Notes under the pieces: generated by a model
What the model saw: only the letters and a program-made list of their open reading frames with translations
The model's database searches: none
What the model was told of the DNA's origin: nothing
Position numbers and translations under genes: made by a program
Source of the DNA: the human T2T-CHM13v2.0 reference genome, Homo sapiens
DNA: 64,000 nucleotides
Assembly (NCBI RefSeq): GCF_009914755.1
Contig: NC_060946.1
Direction: 5' to 3' (one strand)
Part shown: positions 27,656 through 47,375 of the stretch, one piece after another
Position numbering within the stretch: the first letter of the stretch is position 1
Layout of the letters: each line of letters begins with the position of its first letter

Positions 27656-29149
27656 TAACACATTTTGTTTGAGCATGGTTGCCTTATAAGTTTTTGGTAG
27701 TTCAATGAAAATAATGGCTACTTGTGAGAAAACTGAAATAGACTAGGACATAGTAGATAGAGATAGAAAGAACAGGTAAATTAACTGTCTATGCCACATG
27801 GCAAAGAAAGTTTACAGTACGTAGTCATTAAACGTACATGCTTATAAATATATAACCAATGATGAATAATTTTAAATGCAATTTAGCAGAATTCAGACCG
27901 TTTTATATTAAACATATATTTCTGAATGAAATATAAAATCTATTGAATGAGGGAGACACTTTATATGTGTAATTAATCTCATAAATAGAGAAGACTTTTA
28001 CAATAGTTTGTACACTTTAGCTATAAACTGTAATTCAAGAGATTCAGTAAGAGTAGCTTTTTGTAACTTAAATATTCTATATTTTCCTTGCATACATTTT
28101 TGCCTTTGATCATGTATTTTATTTAGCCTGCTAAGATGGTAGAGAAGGTACAGACAGTAAGCTTTTCAACCTGACACATAAATTCAGGTTATTTGAAAAT
28201 GGAATGGTAAAGTGTTACTGAAGAACTTTTACTATGGTTCGCATTTGGTAATATTTCCTAATTATTCTATAAACAAAATCCAAAAAAACCTTGATTTCAT
28301 AACATAAACTTCTGAGGTCTAAATTAATCAATAAAATAAATTTGTTTTAATTAATTATATTTTATTTTGATGCTAATTTCATAATAGATTAAATACTAGC
28401 TGAGGCTCATTAGAGGTAAACTAGAGAATTATCATCCCATTAAGATAAATTTTGATTCAGGGAAGTAACATCTTGGAAGTTTACTAAATTTAAATTTAGG
28501 AGGAATTTACTAAATCAAGTACCAAGATTTTATTTCTGCACCAAATGGAAGACATATGTAAAATTTAAATACATTCCATTACTTAATTTACTCTTTACTA
28601 TCATGAGAATTAGTATAGACAGCATATTTTACACAGAGCATACAAAGCCTTATCTTCATTGAATTACAAGTAAAATATATGTATGTACATATAATTATAT
28701 ATGTAATTTAGATATTAAATGACAGAATTTACTTATTTACCTGTGTGTGATGGAATTTGATTCTAGTAATTATTCCAGGTACAGTAACTGGTTGAAAATG
28801 GGACATGAAGTAAACTGATATGCTTACAAGTAATTACAGCAAGCGAATTCATTGTAATGTCTCCAAGCAAAGCAAGACTACCCACATGAGATAAGAAATG
28901 AGAGGCTACTTATTTTGACCAAGTTAGCTCGGTGACTTGGGGACCAAGGACTACATGCACATGGATGCTTCTTTTGTACCCCTACCCCTGCCAAAAAATA
29001 TGTTTCCATGGCAATATTTGGGAACCCATTATTTCCCAATTGATGCTTTTACTTTCATATAAGACAACAGTTGATACTCCAAAATCAACTTACATTTTAA
29101 TTAACCAAATACAATGTTCCTAAAGACAAAGAGAAACATTTCATAACAA

Positions 29150-30305
29150 TAAGAGTTAAGCCAACAGAAAGATAGGGAGTATGAAAAAACAGAGAAAATC
29201 AATAAACCAAAATTAAATGCTTGAAAAGACAACACAATTGGCAAATGTTTATTTAGGCTAAGCAAGAAAAAAGCAGAAGAGACTCAAGTTTCTAAAATCA
29301 GCAATAAAAGAGAATCCATCACTGCTAGTAATACAAAATAAAAATAAAAGACAATGCAATGAAAATCTTATGCTAAAAAAATTAGATAGCCTAGATAGAA
29401 TGAAGTCCTAGAAAGACACAAACTAAAACAGACTAAAGGACTAAGGAGCAATAGAAAATCTAAATAGACCTACAAAAGGTAAAAAGATTGGATTGTAATT
29501 TTAAGAACTTATAATAAAATTCCCATCTCAGGTAGCTATCACTCTGAGAAATTAATATCAATTGTTCACCAACTCTTGCAGAAAATAAAAGGGGAGAGAA
29601 CACTTCCCAATTCATCTTATAAAGCCAGGATTACTCTGACACCAAAGCTATATCACAAAACAATATATAACAGTATCTTTCTTTTTTTTTTTTTCAGATG
29701 GAGTCTCACTCTGTCGCCAAAGCTGGAATGCAGTGGCCCAATCTCGGCTCACTGCAACCTGTTTCCTGGGTTCAAGTGATTCTCCTGCCTCAGCCTCCCA
29801 AGTAGCTGGGATTACAGGTGTCTGCCACCACGTCCGGCTAATTTTTGTATTTTTAGTAGAGATGGGGTTTCATGTTGGCCAGACTGGTCTTGAACTCCTG
29901 ACCTCAGGTGATCTGCCAATCTCTGCCTTCCAAAGTGCGATATAAGTGTGAGCCTTATATCACGGTGAGCCACTGTGCCTGGCCCATTGTTTAAATAAAA
30001 TTAAAAATCTTCAACAAAATACTGGACAAACTGAATCCAGCAACATATAAAATAGATTATACACTATATGCAGATGTGATTTACCCCAGCAATGCAACAT
30101 TGATTTAATATTTGAAAATCAATGCATACAAAAATCGTATTAATAGAATAAAACACAAAAATACATGAGCATCTCAACAGAAAGTATTTGAGAAAATATT
30201 ACACATTTTCATCATAAAACACTCCAGAGTTATGGACAAGAAGATAACTTCCTGAAACTAGTGGTAGTTATCTATGAAACCCACAGCTATCATTATACTT
30301 ACCAA
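29150..30305 (+). mobile_element. Old L1 ORF2 fragments with an antisense AluS (29680-29984)
   Basis: [23 protein letters not shown]; GAATCCAGCAACATATAAAA. Confidence 0.8.
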
Positions 30306-30339
30306 GGAGAGAGTGAATGACTAATCAGAATGACCACTC

Positions 30340-31070
30340 TTGCAAATTCTCCCTTTTTCACCTTCCTGCTCTCATCACCCTCTTTTGCTCCTCCATCTTC
30401 CCAAAAACATTTTCCCCCATCTTTTCCCAAAGCCTTCTCCCCTCTCCTGCTGCTCACCACCATTTTATCCCCCTCCACCTACCCCAAAACTTTTTTCTCA
30501 CACCCCCACCATCTTTTCACAATGCCTTCTCCCCACTCCTGCTTACCAACCTCTTTTCCCCACTCCTGCCCCTCTCCCATATGCCACTCTTTTTTCACCC
30601 TCCATCTACCCCAAAACTATTTGTCTTCCCAACCCTCCTTCCCCTCATGCTCGCCACCATCTTTTCCCCCTCCATCTACCCAAAAACTTTTCTCCCCACT
30701 GTCTTTTTGCAAATCCTTCCCTCCCTCCCGCTTGCCCATTTTCCCCACCTTTACCAACCTCTCTTTACTCCTCCCACTTGCCACCCTCTTTTCCCCCTCC
30801 ATCTGCCCAAAAACTTTTTACCCACCATCTTTTCCCCACCCTGTTTTCACAAAACCTTTTCTCCCTCCTGCTCAGCCCCCCGTTTTTCCCTCTCCTATTT
30901 GCCAACCTCATTTCCCCCTCCATCTACCCAAAAACGTTTTTTTTTCCCACCGTCTTTTTCCTATTGCCTTTTTGCAATGCCTTCTCCTGCTTGCCATCCT
31001 CTTTTCCCGTTGGTACTCACCACCCTGTTTTCCTCCTCCATCTACCCCAAAACTATTTTCCCCCTCTTAC
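30340..31070 (+). repeat. Degenerate pyrimidine-rich (C/T) minisatellite
   Basis: Core CCCCCTCCATCTACCC(C/A)AAAAC recurs ~7 times at ~70-127 bp spacing; + strand nearly devoid of G. Confidence 0.85.
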
Positions 31071-31240
31071 CACTCCGGTCGCACTGCAGTCGCCATCTCG
31101 GCCACCACCCACAGTGAGGCGAGCCGCGGTGCCGCAGGCTGCAGCCTCCAGCATTTGGCAGGTGTCTTCCTTCCCCTTCTCCTCTGCCTTTAAGTTGGGC
31201 ACAGAAGAGCTGTGTAGGCAAACAGGAAAGAACCCGGGAT
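31071..31240 (-). other. BAGE-like first exon, leftward
   Basis: Minus strand ..GCTGGAGGCTGCAGCCTGCGGCACCGCGGCTCGCCTCACTGTGGGTGGTGG.. resembles the recalled BAGE 5' exon; ends at donor GTG|GTAAGA (31070). Confidence 0.6.
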
Positions 31241-31243
31241 GGT

Positions 31244-31531
31244 CTGACTCCCCCACCTCAGCATACTTTATATGCGGAGTTATGCAAATGAGTTCTGGGA
31301 CTACATGTTCTGATTGGATGAGAGAAAAACCTCTAGGCATACTCAGATTTGGACTTTGTTATCATGTTCTGACTGGATGAGAGCAAGTCTTAAAACGACC
31401 AATCAGAACATGATAATAAAGTCCAATCAGAGTAGGCCTAGAGGTTTTTCTCTCATCCAATCAGAACATGCAGTTCAGGAATTCATTTGCATACCCTCCC
31501 TGTATAAAGCATGTTGAGTGGGCAGAGTCAG
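31244..31531. promoter_or_regulatory. Palindromic bidirectional Pol II promoter-like element
   Basis: Arms 31244-31376 and 31399-31531 are imperfect reverse complements. Each arm carries TATAAA (31267-31272 minus; 31503-31508 plus), an octamer (31282-31289; 31485-31492) and CCAAT boxes (31313 minus; 31399, 31423, 31457 plus). Confidence 0.8.
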
Positions 31532-31698
31532 GGTCTTCCGTATATTCTCCCCGTACCGTCCGTGCTCGGCTTAGTGCAGGAAGAGGAGAAGAACGGGAAG
31601 ACAACCGCGGCACAGCAGCTTACCTGCTGATGTTGGCTGTGGTGATGGAGCCTGCTACCGGAGCCACAGTGGCCCACAGCGGGAGCATGGCCAGAGTG
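31530..31698 (+). other. BAGE-like first exon, rightward
   Basis: Starts ~25 nt after the TATA; ends ATGGCCAGAGTG|GTAGAA, compared with recalled BAGE ATGGCGGCCAGAGCG. Confidence 0.6.
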
Positions 31699-31714
31699 GT
31701 AGAAAGACAGTGGG

Positions 31715-32935
31715 GCAGGTATGCTATCAGAGCTGCGCTGCCCGCGGTGAGGGCAGATTGGGGGCGCTATCTGGGGTTGCATTGCCTAGGTGGGTTCTGT
31801 GCAGTATCGGGGACTACGTTACTTGCGGAGGTGGAACAGGGGAAGGGGGTGGGGTGGGGGGTACACTATTGAGGATGGGATTAGGTGTGCTATCGGGGGC
31901 CGTGCTGATCATCAAGGCGGCTTAGGTGTGCTATCGGGGCAGGGGACACGCTGCTCCGAGTTGGGGGATGTTACAGGGGCTACACTGCCTGTGGCTGGCA
32001 GGGGTTAGGGGCACTATCTGGGGCTGCACAGCCGGTAGTGGGTGGCGTGTTAGGGACGCTATAAGCTACTGTGTTGTCTGTGCCCCAGGGAGGGTTGGGT
32101 GTGGGGTTGGGTGTGCTATCGGAGGCTACAGTGCTAGCAGACAGGTTAGGGGCACTGTTGGGTGTTGCACCGCTTGTGCCAAGGGGTATGTTTGGTGTGC
32201 TATTTGGGGCTACAAGGGGCAGGTTGGGAGCACTGTCGGGTGCTGCACTGCCCATGGCAAGGGGTGGGTTGGGTGCACTATCAGGGGCTACACTGCCCAG
32301 GGCGGGGCGGGTGGGGGGGGCGTGCTATCCTGGGCTTCACTGCCCATGGCGGGGGGCTGGCTGGGGACGCTGTCATAGGTTGCATTGGGGTGGTAGGGGG
32401 CGGGTTCGGTGTGGTATTGGGGGCTGCATTGCCAGCAGTGTGGGGGGGGGGGTGGTTGGGGGCACTGTCAGGAGCTTGCGCTGTCAAGCTAGTAGCAGGT
32501 TAGGTGTGCTATTGGGGGCTGCACTGCCCGAGGTAGGGGGGCGGATTAGGTGCGCTATTGGGGGCTAAACTGCCCACAGCTGGCGGGGTTTGGGGGCTCT
32601 GTTGGGGGGTTGCAGTGTCAGAGGCGGGTTAGGGGCATTATCAGCTGCTGCACTACCCGTGGCAGGAATCAGGTTGGGGGCACTATCGGGTGCTGCAATG
32701 CCTGTGGTGGGGACGGGTTGTGGGCATTATCGGGTGCTACACTGCTGGCGGTGGAGTGGTTGGGGGTGCTATCGGGGTCACACTGTCAGCGGCGGGGGAC
32801 AGGTTAGGGGTGCTATCGGATGCTACACTGTGGTGGAGGGCAGGGGGTGGGGTGTTGAGAGCGCTATTTGAGGACTACATTGCTGGCAGCGGGGGGCGGA
32901 TTAGGGGCACTCTCAGGGCTGCACTGCCGGCAGCA
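31715..32935 (+). repeat. Degenerate G-rich ~40-50 bp minisatellite
   Basis: Recurring GG(G/T)G(T/C)(G/A)CTATCGGG..GCT(G/A)CACTGC..GGCGGGTT units with many G3+ runs. Confidence 0.85.
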
Positions 32936-33492
32936 GGCAGCAGAGGTGGCAGTGACAGCAGTGGTCTCCACGGAAAGGACAGTCCTTCCCTCCCTGGACT
33001 CCAGGCTTTACAAAGCGATTTTCTCCTGCTTAAGTACAGAGGACATACAGTGTTTCCGCAGGAATACTGAGCACGGCAGGGCCCCCCACATCTGCTGTGG
33101 TTCCCTGGGTTACACCCTCTCGCTCTGTGTTGTGGATACTGCCTGGGACCCCCAGGCACCGAGTAACGTGCACCACGTGGGGGACGGTGCTCTCTGGGTG
33201 GAGGCTCAGGAATGAGAGCCCGCACTTGGGTGGGGAGAGCTGGCTGGGTCTGACTTTTTGCTGCTTCCGTTCCCCTAGGACCGCAGCTCTGGTGGGCCCA
33301 GTGGTTCCTGCGGAGTGGGGAGCCGGGCACTGTGGTGTCTCCAGTCCCCACCACAGGCTCCGATTCATGGCCAGCTTGGGCCGAAAGGGGAGGGTGGGTG
33401 TCAGTGCCTTCGCTGAAACTGGCACCTGCCACCCAGTGGCCAGCATGACCAAGGTGAGGCTTTAATGCTACCACTCCCTGCATCTGTTCTAG

Positions 33493-33673
33493 GTTTTTCT
33501 GGCTTTGCCTGCCCAGCAGTCTGTGCCCACCTAGAGGAGTAGGAGGGGCCACCATGCCGCATGCTGGAGGCTGGAGCCCGCAGCCTGCAGATGGCACAGT
33601 ACTACAGCTCGCCTTGCTGCGGTTGGTGGCAGTGATGGAGACTGCAGCTCGACCCCAGCGATGGAGGCTGGAG
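33493..33673 (+). other. BAGE-like exon 2
   Basis: Acceptor TGTTCTAG|GTTTTTCTGGCTTTGCCTGCCCAGC resembles recalled BAGE GTTTTTCTGGCATTGTCTGCCCAGC; downstream GCTGGAG..GGCACAG..GTGATGGAGAC.GCAGCTC is colinear; candidate donor GAG|GTAGGA. Confidence 0.7.
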
Positions 33674-35435
33674 GTAGGAGGGTACCTGGTGGTGGCCACG
33701 TGGTAGGAGCCTTGTAGGGTGGGGCTGGTGCATTGAGAGCAACAGCAGCAGTGGTTGTATTGGCATGGGCATTAGTGGTGGCAGCAGCAGCAAGTCTGTG
33801 AGCCGGGAAGGGGGTAGTAGGAGCCCTGCAAGGCCCAGCTGGCCTGGGGTGGGTAAGAAGCAGTGGGTGCTGCAGCGTGGGCCTCGGTGGCAGCAGTGGA
33901 AGTGCAGCCAGGGCAAGGAGTCCTCCCCCACCTTTCTGCAGTCTCTGGAGGGCGCCCACCTCCTGCTGGCTCCTGAGCCAGGCATGAGTGGCAGCATTGT
34001 CTCATTCTTAACAAAATTTAGGGAATGACTATTTGTGTATCTTTTTGCTTGTTTTTTGTTGTGTTAATCTTGGACTTTTCGAATTTCATGAATCAGGGAG
34101 TGGATAAAAGGTATCATAATAGGCCTTCTAACTCTATCACCTGATTTTTTTCCTTTCTTCCAGTCTGTTTTTTCTTATCACCATCATCTTGTTCTTTATT
34201 TTCTTATGCTGCTGCCTATATTTCTGGTTTCTATTCTTGTTTCTCTTTCTGGTCCTCCTGCTTTTTGTTTTCTTTATCCCAAGCAATGGCCTTAACAAAC
34301 TGAAACTGAGTTAAAAGTAAACTACTTGCTAGTGTGTTGTATTTTTAAAGTAATTGGTCCATTACTGTGTTTTAGAGATGAGAAAGTAGTTGCATAATGA
34401 TTTAGTTACTTGAATAGCTTTGCTTTCGTGATCCTGTTAATGCGTTGTAAGTAGTTATGCAAGGAATCAAAAAATGAAGCATCAAATAAAATACTGATAG
34501 CAAACAGTCATTTCATCTCTCTCCCATATAGTCTGGAGATAAATGCAAGTCAGGGGGTTAATAAGTTCCAAAAATTTATGAGATCGTTAAGTGAACCACA
34601 TTCCCTTCATTTTATTTTTCTGCCACAGTTTTCAAGAGCATTGTCATTTGCATGAGCAAACCTTGTTCACCACATCTTTGCAACAGGGAAGGGAAGGGGA
34701 GGATCATATGTACAATGTTTTAAGGCAAAAAAATTCACAACCAAAAGCAAGGCTTTATTAACTTTCACCTTCGAGAAGCTGCAGTGTTGAGCCCTGTTTT
34801 ATTCCTAGTATTACTGCCTTTGATACGAACTCTTAAGTGATCACTTTAGAAGTTAATGCATTTTATTGACTGCTTTCAAGAAACAGTCTATATTGTATCA
34901 TGCATGTTTTTCAAGCCCGCAGAATTGTATAAGGCCTATATATACATAGGGCCTATAATTTTGACACTTTTTAATGATTTATAAGGTTACGATCATGTAA
35001 AATCCTGTTGACACGTGAGAATATGCCTAAGTACCGCTAGATAGCTTATTTTGAAGAGATAGTTATTTTGAAGAGATAGAAATTGGTTGCAGTTTGTTAG
35101 GTGTATTTGTCAATGCATTGCCTCAATGCTTTAAAGCATATAGAAGTTTGAATATGCTTTAATCTCATGTAGTCCTTTGTTTATAGGGTGTTTAATATTT
35201 TTAAAGACTAAAGATGTCACAGCCCCCTTTAAGGTTCAGTAATATTAAGATTGGAGATTTATAGGGTTAGAATCCAACAAATTCAGAGGAAAATTGTTAA
35301 ATTATATAGCTGTAGAGCAGGAAATGAAACCCAGGTTCTAAGCTCTAAGGGGACCATGAGCTGCCATACCAAGTGCATCAGTGACTGGGCATAGAGTTGG
35401 CAGAATTACAGGATGGTTAAGAGAGTGAGCTGTAG

Positions 35436-35840
<405 letters not shown>

Positions 35841-35859
35841 TAAGGTTTTCTTTTTCTTC

Positions 35860-36950
35860 TCAGTTGACTGAATTATTTCCATAGTCTGTCTGTCTTGCCA
35901 CTCTTGTTACCCACACGAAAGGACCTAAGGTAATTTCTGACAGCCTGGGACTCCTTGTGCAAAACAGAAGGTGCCACAGACCTCATTTTAGGAGAAACCT
36001 TTGTTTTCCTCTTGGAACCCCAAGAACTGTAAGCAGACAGGTCCATCTCAAAATCCAAGGCTCTGCTCTGTTTTGCTTTGCTTTACCTGACTTTTTTTTT
36101 GATTTGGGTGGGCATCAAAAATTAGTAGGGGAGAGCTAAAGAAAGTTGTGGATATGAACATGTATTTATGGTAAGGTAAGTTATGAAGGAGAGAAATCTT
36201 AGGATCTTGTATGGCAAATTCTTGCACTAAAGTAGATAATGACTAATTAGGAAAGCAGGAAATATAGGACAAGTCAGAAAGTCATAAGATGGGAGAGAAA
36301 AGCTTACGCCTGGTAGATCCTCTCCTGTCTAGAAGTGTCGTATGTGTGATGTTTATATGAAGGAGCTCTAATTAATTGGATTAAAAGATAATGAAAGCTC
36401 TAAAATTGTCAGAAAAATAGAAGCTCTAATGCCTTTTATTTCACGTGACTTCAGCAATCTTTGGGAAATGAGAGTTTTAAAATTATTGGTGGTAAAAAGT
36501 CTTCAAAAAGTAGACATTTGGTCTAAATTAAGTCAGAGGTTAAATTGGCTAAGTGCTTTAATGTCATAAACTGCTTCTTTGACTTTGGAAAATTGTTCAG
36601 TTTACCTAATTTGGAACTGTTAGATTTCTAGGTAAGGCCTGGGGAGAGGTGGAGTTAGCCATGTCTCCTAGCTATGCTGGAAGAGTTAGACTTTATCTGC
36701 AGTTCTGTCATGTATCCTGGACTCTGCACCTGGTATGTAATTGAAACTGCTTACATTGAAAAGAAAAATTATGTGTTTTTGGTTTTAAAAGGGGTGGGAA
36801 TATGGTTTTTTCCAAAAAGTGAGTTTTGGCAAATTTAGAAAGTTTAAGAATTATTTTTAGTTGTAAGAAAATAAAGTTTAAGCAAGTTATAGAAGGTTTA
36901 TGAAAATTAACTTTGTAAAGAATTGTGTGTGTGAGCAAGTTGACTAAAGG
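35860..36950 (+). mobile_element. ERV1 (MER4-group) internal fragment
   Basis: Composition and motifs typical of non-autonomous MER4-group internal regions; no ORF. Confidence 0.55.
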
Positions 36951-37104
36951 GACAGTAATGTTAGATGTAATAAATGCAGGTACCCTTCCACTTTATCTTC
37001 TGTTTCTTAGGTTATAAATATTCACTACCTACGTTTCTAAAAACTCTTTCACTGTAATATTAACACATAACTCCATTCTCCTTGTATTGCCTGCTTTTTC
37101 ATAG

Positions 37105-38115
37105 TATCCTGAAATTGCATTAGTAGATTTAGATTCAGAAGATGGTGGGGAAGCATCTTATGAGTGTTTTAAGTAAATTTAAGGCAAAGGGTTTTCTGTA
37201 CATGGGTGGTTATCACAGCATCACTTGTTGCAGCAAAACACTGGGTAACAACAATGTTTATCAATGAGAAATTGTTCGGATAAATGATGATTTGTGCCTT
37301 GCGAGGCTCAACTATTCAAAAGCACCCTCTTTTCCTCACTTGCTTTACCTTTGGTTCTGGGCCTGGAGCCTTTCAGAGGTTACTCAGGAAATGGACTCCT
37401 GTTTCCTGTGACTAATCTGGACAGCGGCTTCCTATTTCATTCTTCAGCATCTTCCAAAAATTTCTGAAGATAATTTCTTCCTTTGTGACCACCCATACTC
37501 TTGGTTTACTTTGCAGTTAACAATTTCATGCCTTCACTAGATTATCTGTGTGAAGGTGTGGGGTGTATGTGTTCATACTCTGGAGGGAGCAGAGGAAAAT
37601 AGCCACAGCCAAAGGAGTAATCTTGCACTAAATACTCATTATAAGAATGTTGATACGTTCATAGATGGTAAATCTGTCAGTAATTTTTGCTTGTATGATT
37701 CTTGGTTAAGACTGCACTCACTGGTGATAAGCGTGCTGAAGGGATCATAGGTGCTATACTTATGTGTGGGAATTGCATTCAAACCACCAATGCCTGTCTA
37801 CTCAAGTTTTGTTGCCTTTTGATTAAAAACTCTTGGGAATGTTTCCCTGGCATGCAAATATGGGAACTGCAGTTTGATTCTAGGTAGAAACTCTTTGGTA
37901 GTTGAAATGCCATAATAAGAGACACAGCTGTCAATGGGCAACAATTCACTGTTGGTAAGGAATTTACAGTGCTACTTGCCATATCCTTTATCCAGACTTT
38001 GTGCCAAGAAAATGAAATTCTTTTTAAAAATTTTTTTCTAGAGTAATCCTACAATATTGCTGTTATCAAGCCTGATGCTGTAATTAGTAGAAAATGTCTA
38101 GAAATTAAAAGAAAA
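37105..38115 (+). pseudogene. Unprocessed two-exon fragment of NME8 (TXNDC3): exons 37105-37172 and 38042-38115
   Basis: YPEIALVDLDSEDGGEASYECF vs recalled NME8 YPEIPLVDSDSEVSEESPCESV; *SYNIAVIKPDAVISRKCLEIKRK vs ELYSIAIIKPDAVISKKVLEIKRK. Both exons are bounded by polypyrimidine-AG and GT. Confidence 0.88.
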
Positions 38116-38548
38116 GTAGTATTTTCCAACTATGGTTAAATTAATTGCAAAATAACTTCCTCTTAATTGTCAGATTGGAGACAAGCTTATTAAGAGTGAA
38201 ATAAAACATAATGTGTTGCTGGTGCTAGGTACCTCTAAAGCCTTTGAGCACTTTCTTCTTTATAAAGGCTCAATCTACTCATGTGTCCTGTAAATAATCC
38301 TGCTCTACCAGCATCCTATGTAAATTTTAAAAATTATAGTTCATATATTAGATTGTAACAAATGTTGTTCTTCTTTAATTATATGCAATGCAATCTTGTT
38401 ATAGACTCACATTAGCTTGCCTTATTCCCTGTATGTTTGTTGTAAAATGTATAGTCCTTTTCAATATATGATAGCTTAAAGATGGACTTAATATTTTGTT
38501 TTAGAACCAAAATCTTTTATCTTATATACAGGAAAATTACATTGGAAT

Positions 38549-38763
38549 TCAGAGATCAGCAAACATTTCCTGTAAAGGATGAAATAGTAACTATTTTCAG
38601 GTTTGCTCAGCATGTGGTCTCTGACAACTAAACTCTGAAGTCATACCAAGGCAGCATCAGTAATGTTTAAATGAGTGAATGGCGCTGTGTTCCAATAAAC
38701 TTTATTTACAGAAACAAGTGGTGGGCCACATTTTGACTGCAGGGTATAGTTTGTGGACCCCTG
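38549..38763. mobile_element. MER58A DNA transposon
   Basis: CAGAGATCAGCAAAC..CTGTAAAGG..GTTCCAATAAACTTTATTTACA..GTTTGTGGACCCCTG termini. Confidence 0.8.
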
Positions 38764-38819
38764 AACAATGGCTTTTTCTGAAACAACACAATTGAATTGA
38801 GATTTGAAAGAATGTTGAG

Positions 38820-39452
38820 GCAGCATTGTTTGTCTGGGGTAATACCTGAGGTTTGTCATCTCACACCAGGGAAATCAGGGATGTGGACACACAAGAAGTG
38901 AGTTCAAGAGTGGATGATTAATAGGTGAAAGAAAGAGAAAAGAGAACAGCTCTCTCTCCTGCAGAAAGAGAGAGGGGCACCTGAGTGGGTCTTCCGGTTT
39001 TGTGGTGAAAAGCACAAGGTTTTATAAAGGAGCTTGAGGAGGTGGTGTCTTGATTTACACAGGGCTCTAGAGACTGGTTGGACCAGGTGTGAACGTTTGC
39101 ATAGCACAGGGAGAAGCTGGCCATTGCACCCTAATCTTTTATTATGCAGATGGGTTCTTTACCTTACCAGGACCATATTGTCTGTTCCTTACTGTACCTG
39201 TGGTTGACAGAGAAAAGGGAAGATGGAGCCACCATGTTGAACATGCCTGGCCCACAGGTAGCCTTTTCCTATTGGCACAGCTGCTGGCATTCCTATGAGA
39301 GCTTATCAATGTCTGCAGCCCAATTTTACAAGATGCTCTTTGTTAGAAAATAAATGATATGGGTTTTTTTTTTCATTAGTAGGAAAACTTTACACTAGGA
39401 CTTCCTTACTTTCAGTATCTGCCTAAATAATTTCTTTTTAATTCCTACATCA
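38820..39452 (-). mobile_element. MER50-like solo LTR
   Basis: Minus strand begins TGATGTAGGAATTAAAAAGAAATTATTTAGGCAGATA. Confidence 0.7.
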
Positions 39453-39914
39453 ATGTTGCATGTGCAATAGAGAAGGTGACATGTAGGGAGCTGTGTCAGC
39501 AGGGGTTGCATATTTCTTGATGAGCATCCCATGATGCATTCTTCTTCACTTGTGGCAACATTAGCATTAACTAATCTACAGTAAAGTAGATGGGTCCACA
39601 GGTCATGGGACATACACTAGCTCTGCCAATTACATGTTGATTTAAATAATATCATTCTCTAAGGACAGCTTTTTTTCCCCCAGATCCTGGTATGTATGTG
39701 GAGTTGGGGAGAGACACCAAACTGTACCCCATTTCCTCATACATTGCTTATACTTTTAGAAGTGTTTGAAAGATAATATCACATACTAGTAGTTTACTGT
39801 TTCTTATTCAAGTTAGTTTTAATAGTCGCTAGGGTGAATGTTTTCAAAATTGTATAGATATTCGGGTTGAGGCGATACTATAAATTATGAGTTCATCTCA
39901 GTTTTTTTGTGCTA

Positions 39915-40300
<386 letters not shown>

Positions 40301-40689
40301 TAAGTAAAAATTTATAAAACAAAGAATGTTTCTAACTGTAATAAAGGAGAAGTGATCAAGCTTAAGTGTAGCTTAGATTTAATCTTTGATTTCCGGGTAC
40401 TATATTACTTAAAAATATGATTTGGATATTTAGAAGTTGTTCAAATTAGAAACTCAGGAGTGGGGTCACTGGTCACTAAGGTGCTGAATATTTTTAATAC
40501 CTTAGTGGATATGTAATCAACAAAGCCAACGGAACCAATAGAGCATTTGCTTTCATAAGAATTTAAGTGTTGCTGGGTACTCTTAAATCGAGCTCACATT
40601 ATTGGTGTCATTTAATATAATTACTGAATTTCTTTGAACCCAGTTTCCACTTTTTAAAAATTATTTAGCTCATTAGGCTGAAAACTTCT

Positions 40690-41525
<836 letters not shown>

Positions 41526-41526
41526 G

Positions 41527-47375
<5,849 letters not shown>

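Noticed and set aside
28740-29120. Exon-like minus-strand segment with a DFGVS motif
   Set aside because: Stops in the frames examined and no other kinase motifs; needs BLASTX.
30317-31380. Three long overlapping ORFs (266-346 aa)
   Set aside because: The pyrimidine-rich repeat lacks stop codons in all frames; low-complexity F/P/S/L products.
31468-33997. Gly-rich and other ORFs over the G-rich minisatellite
   Set aside because: Compositional artefacts of the tandem repeat.
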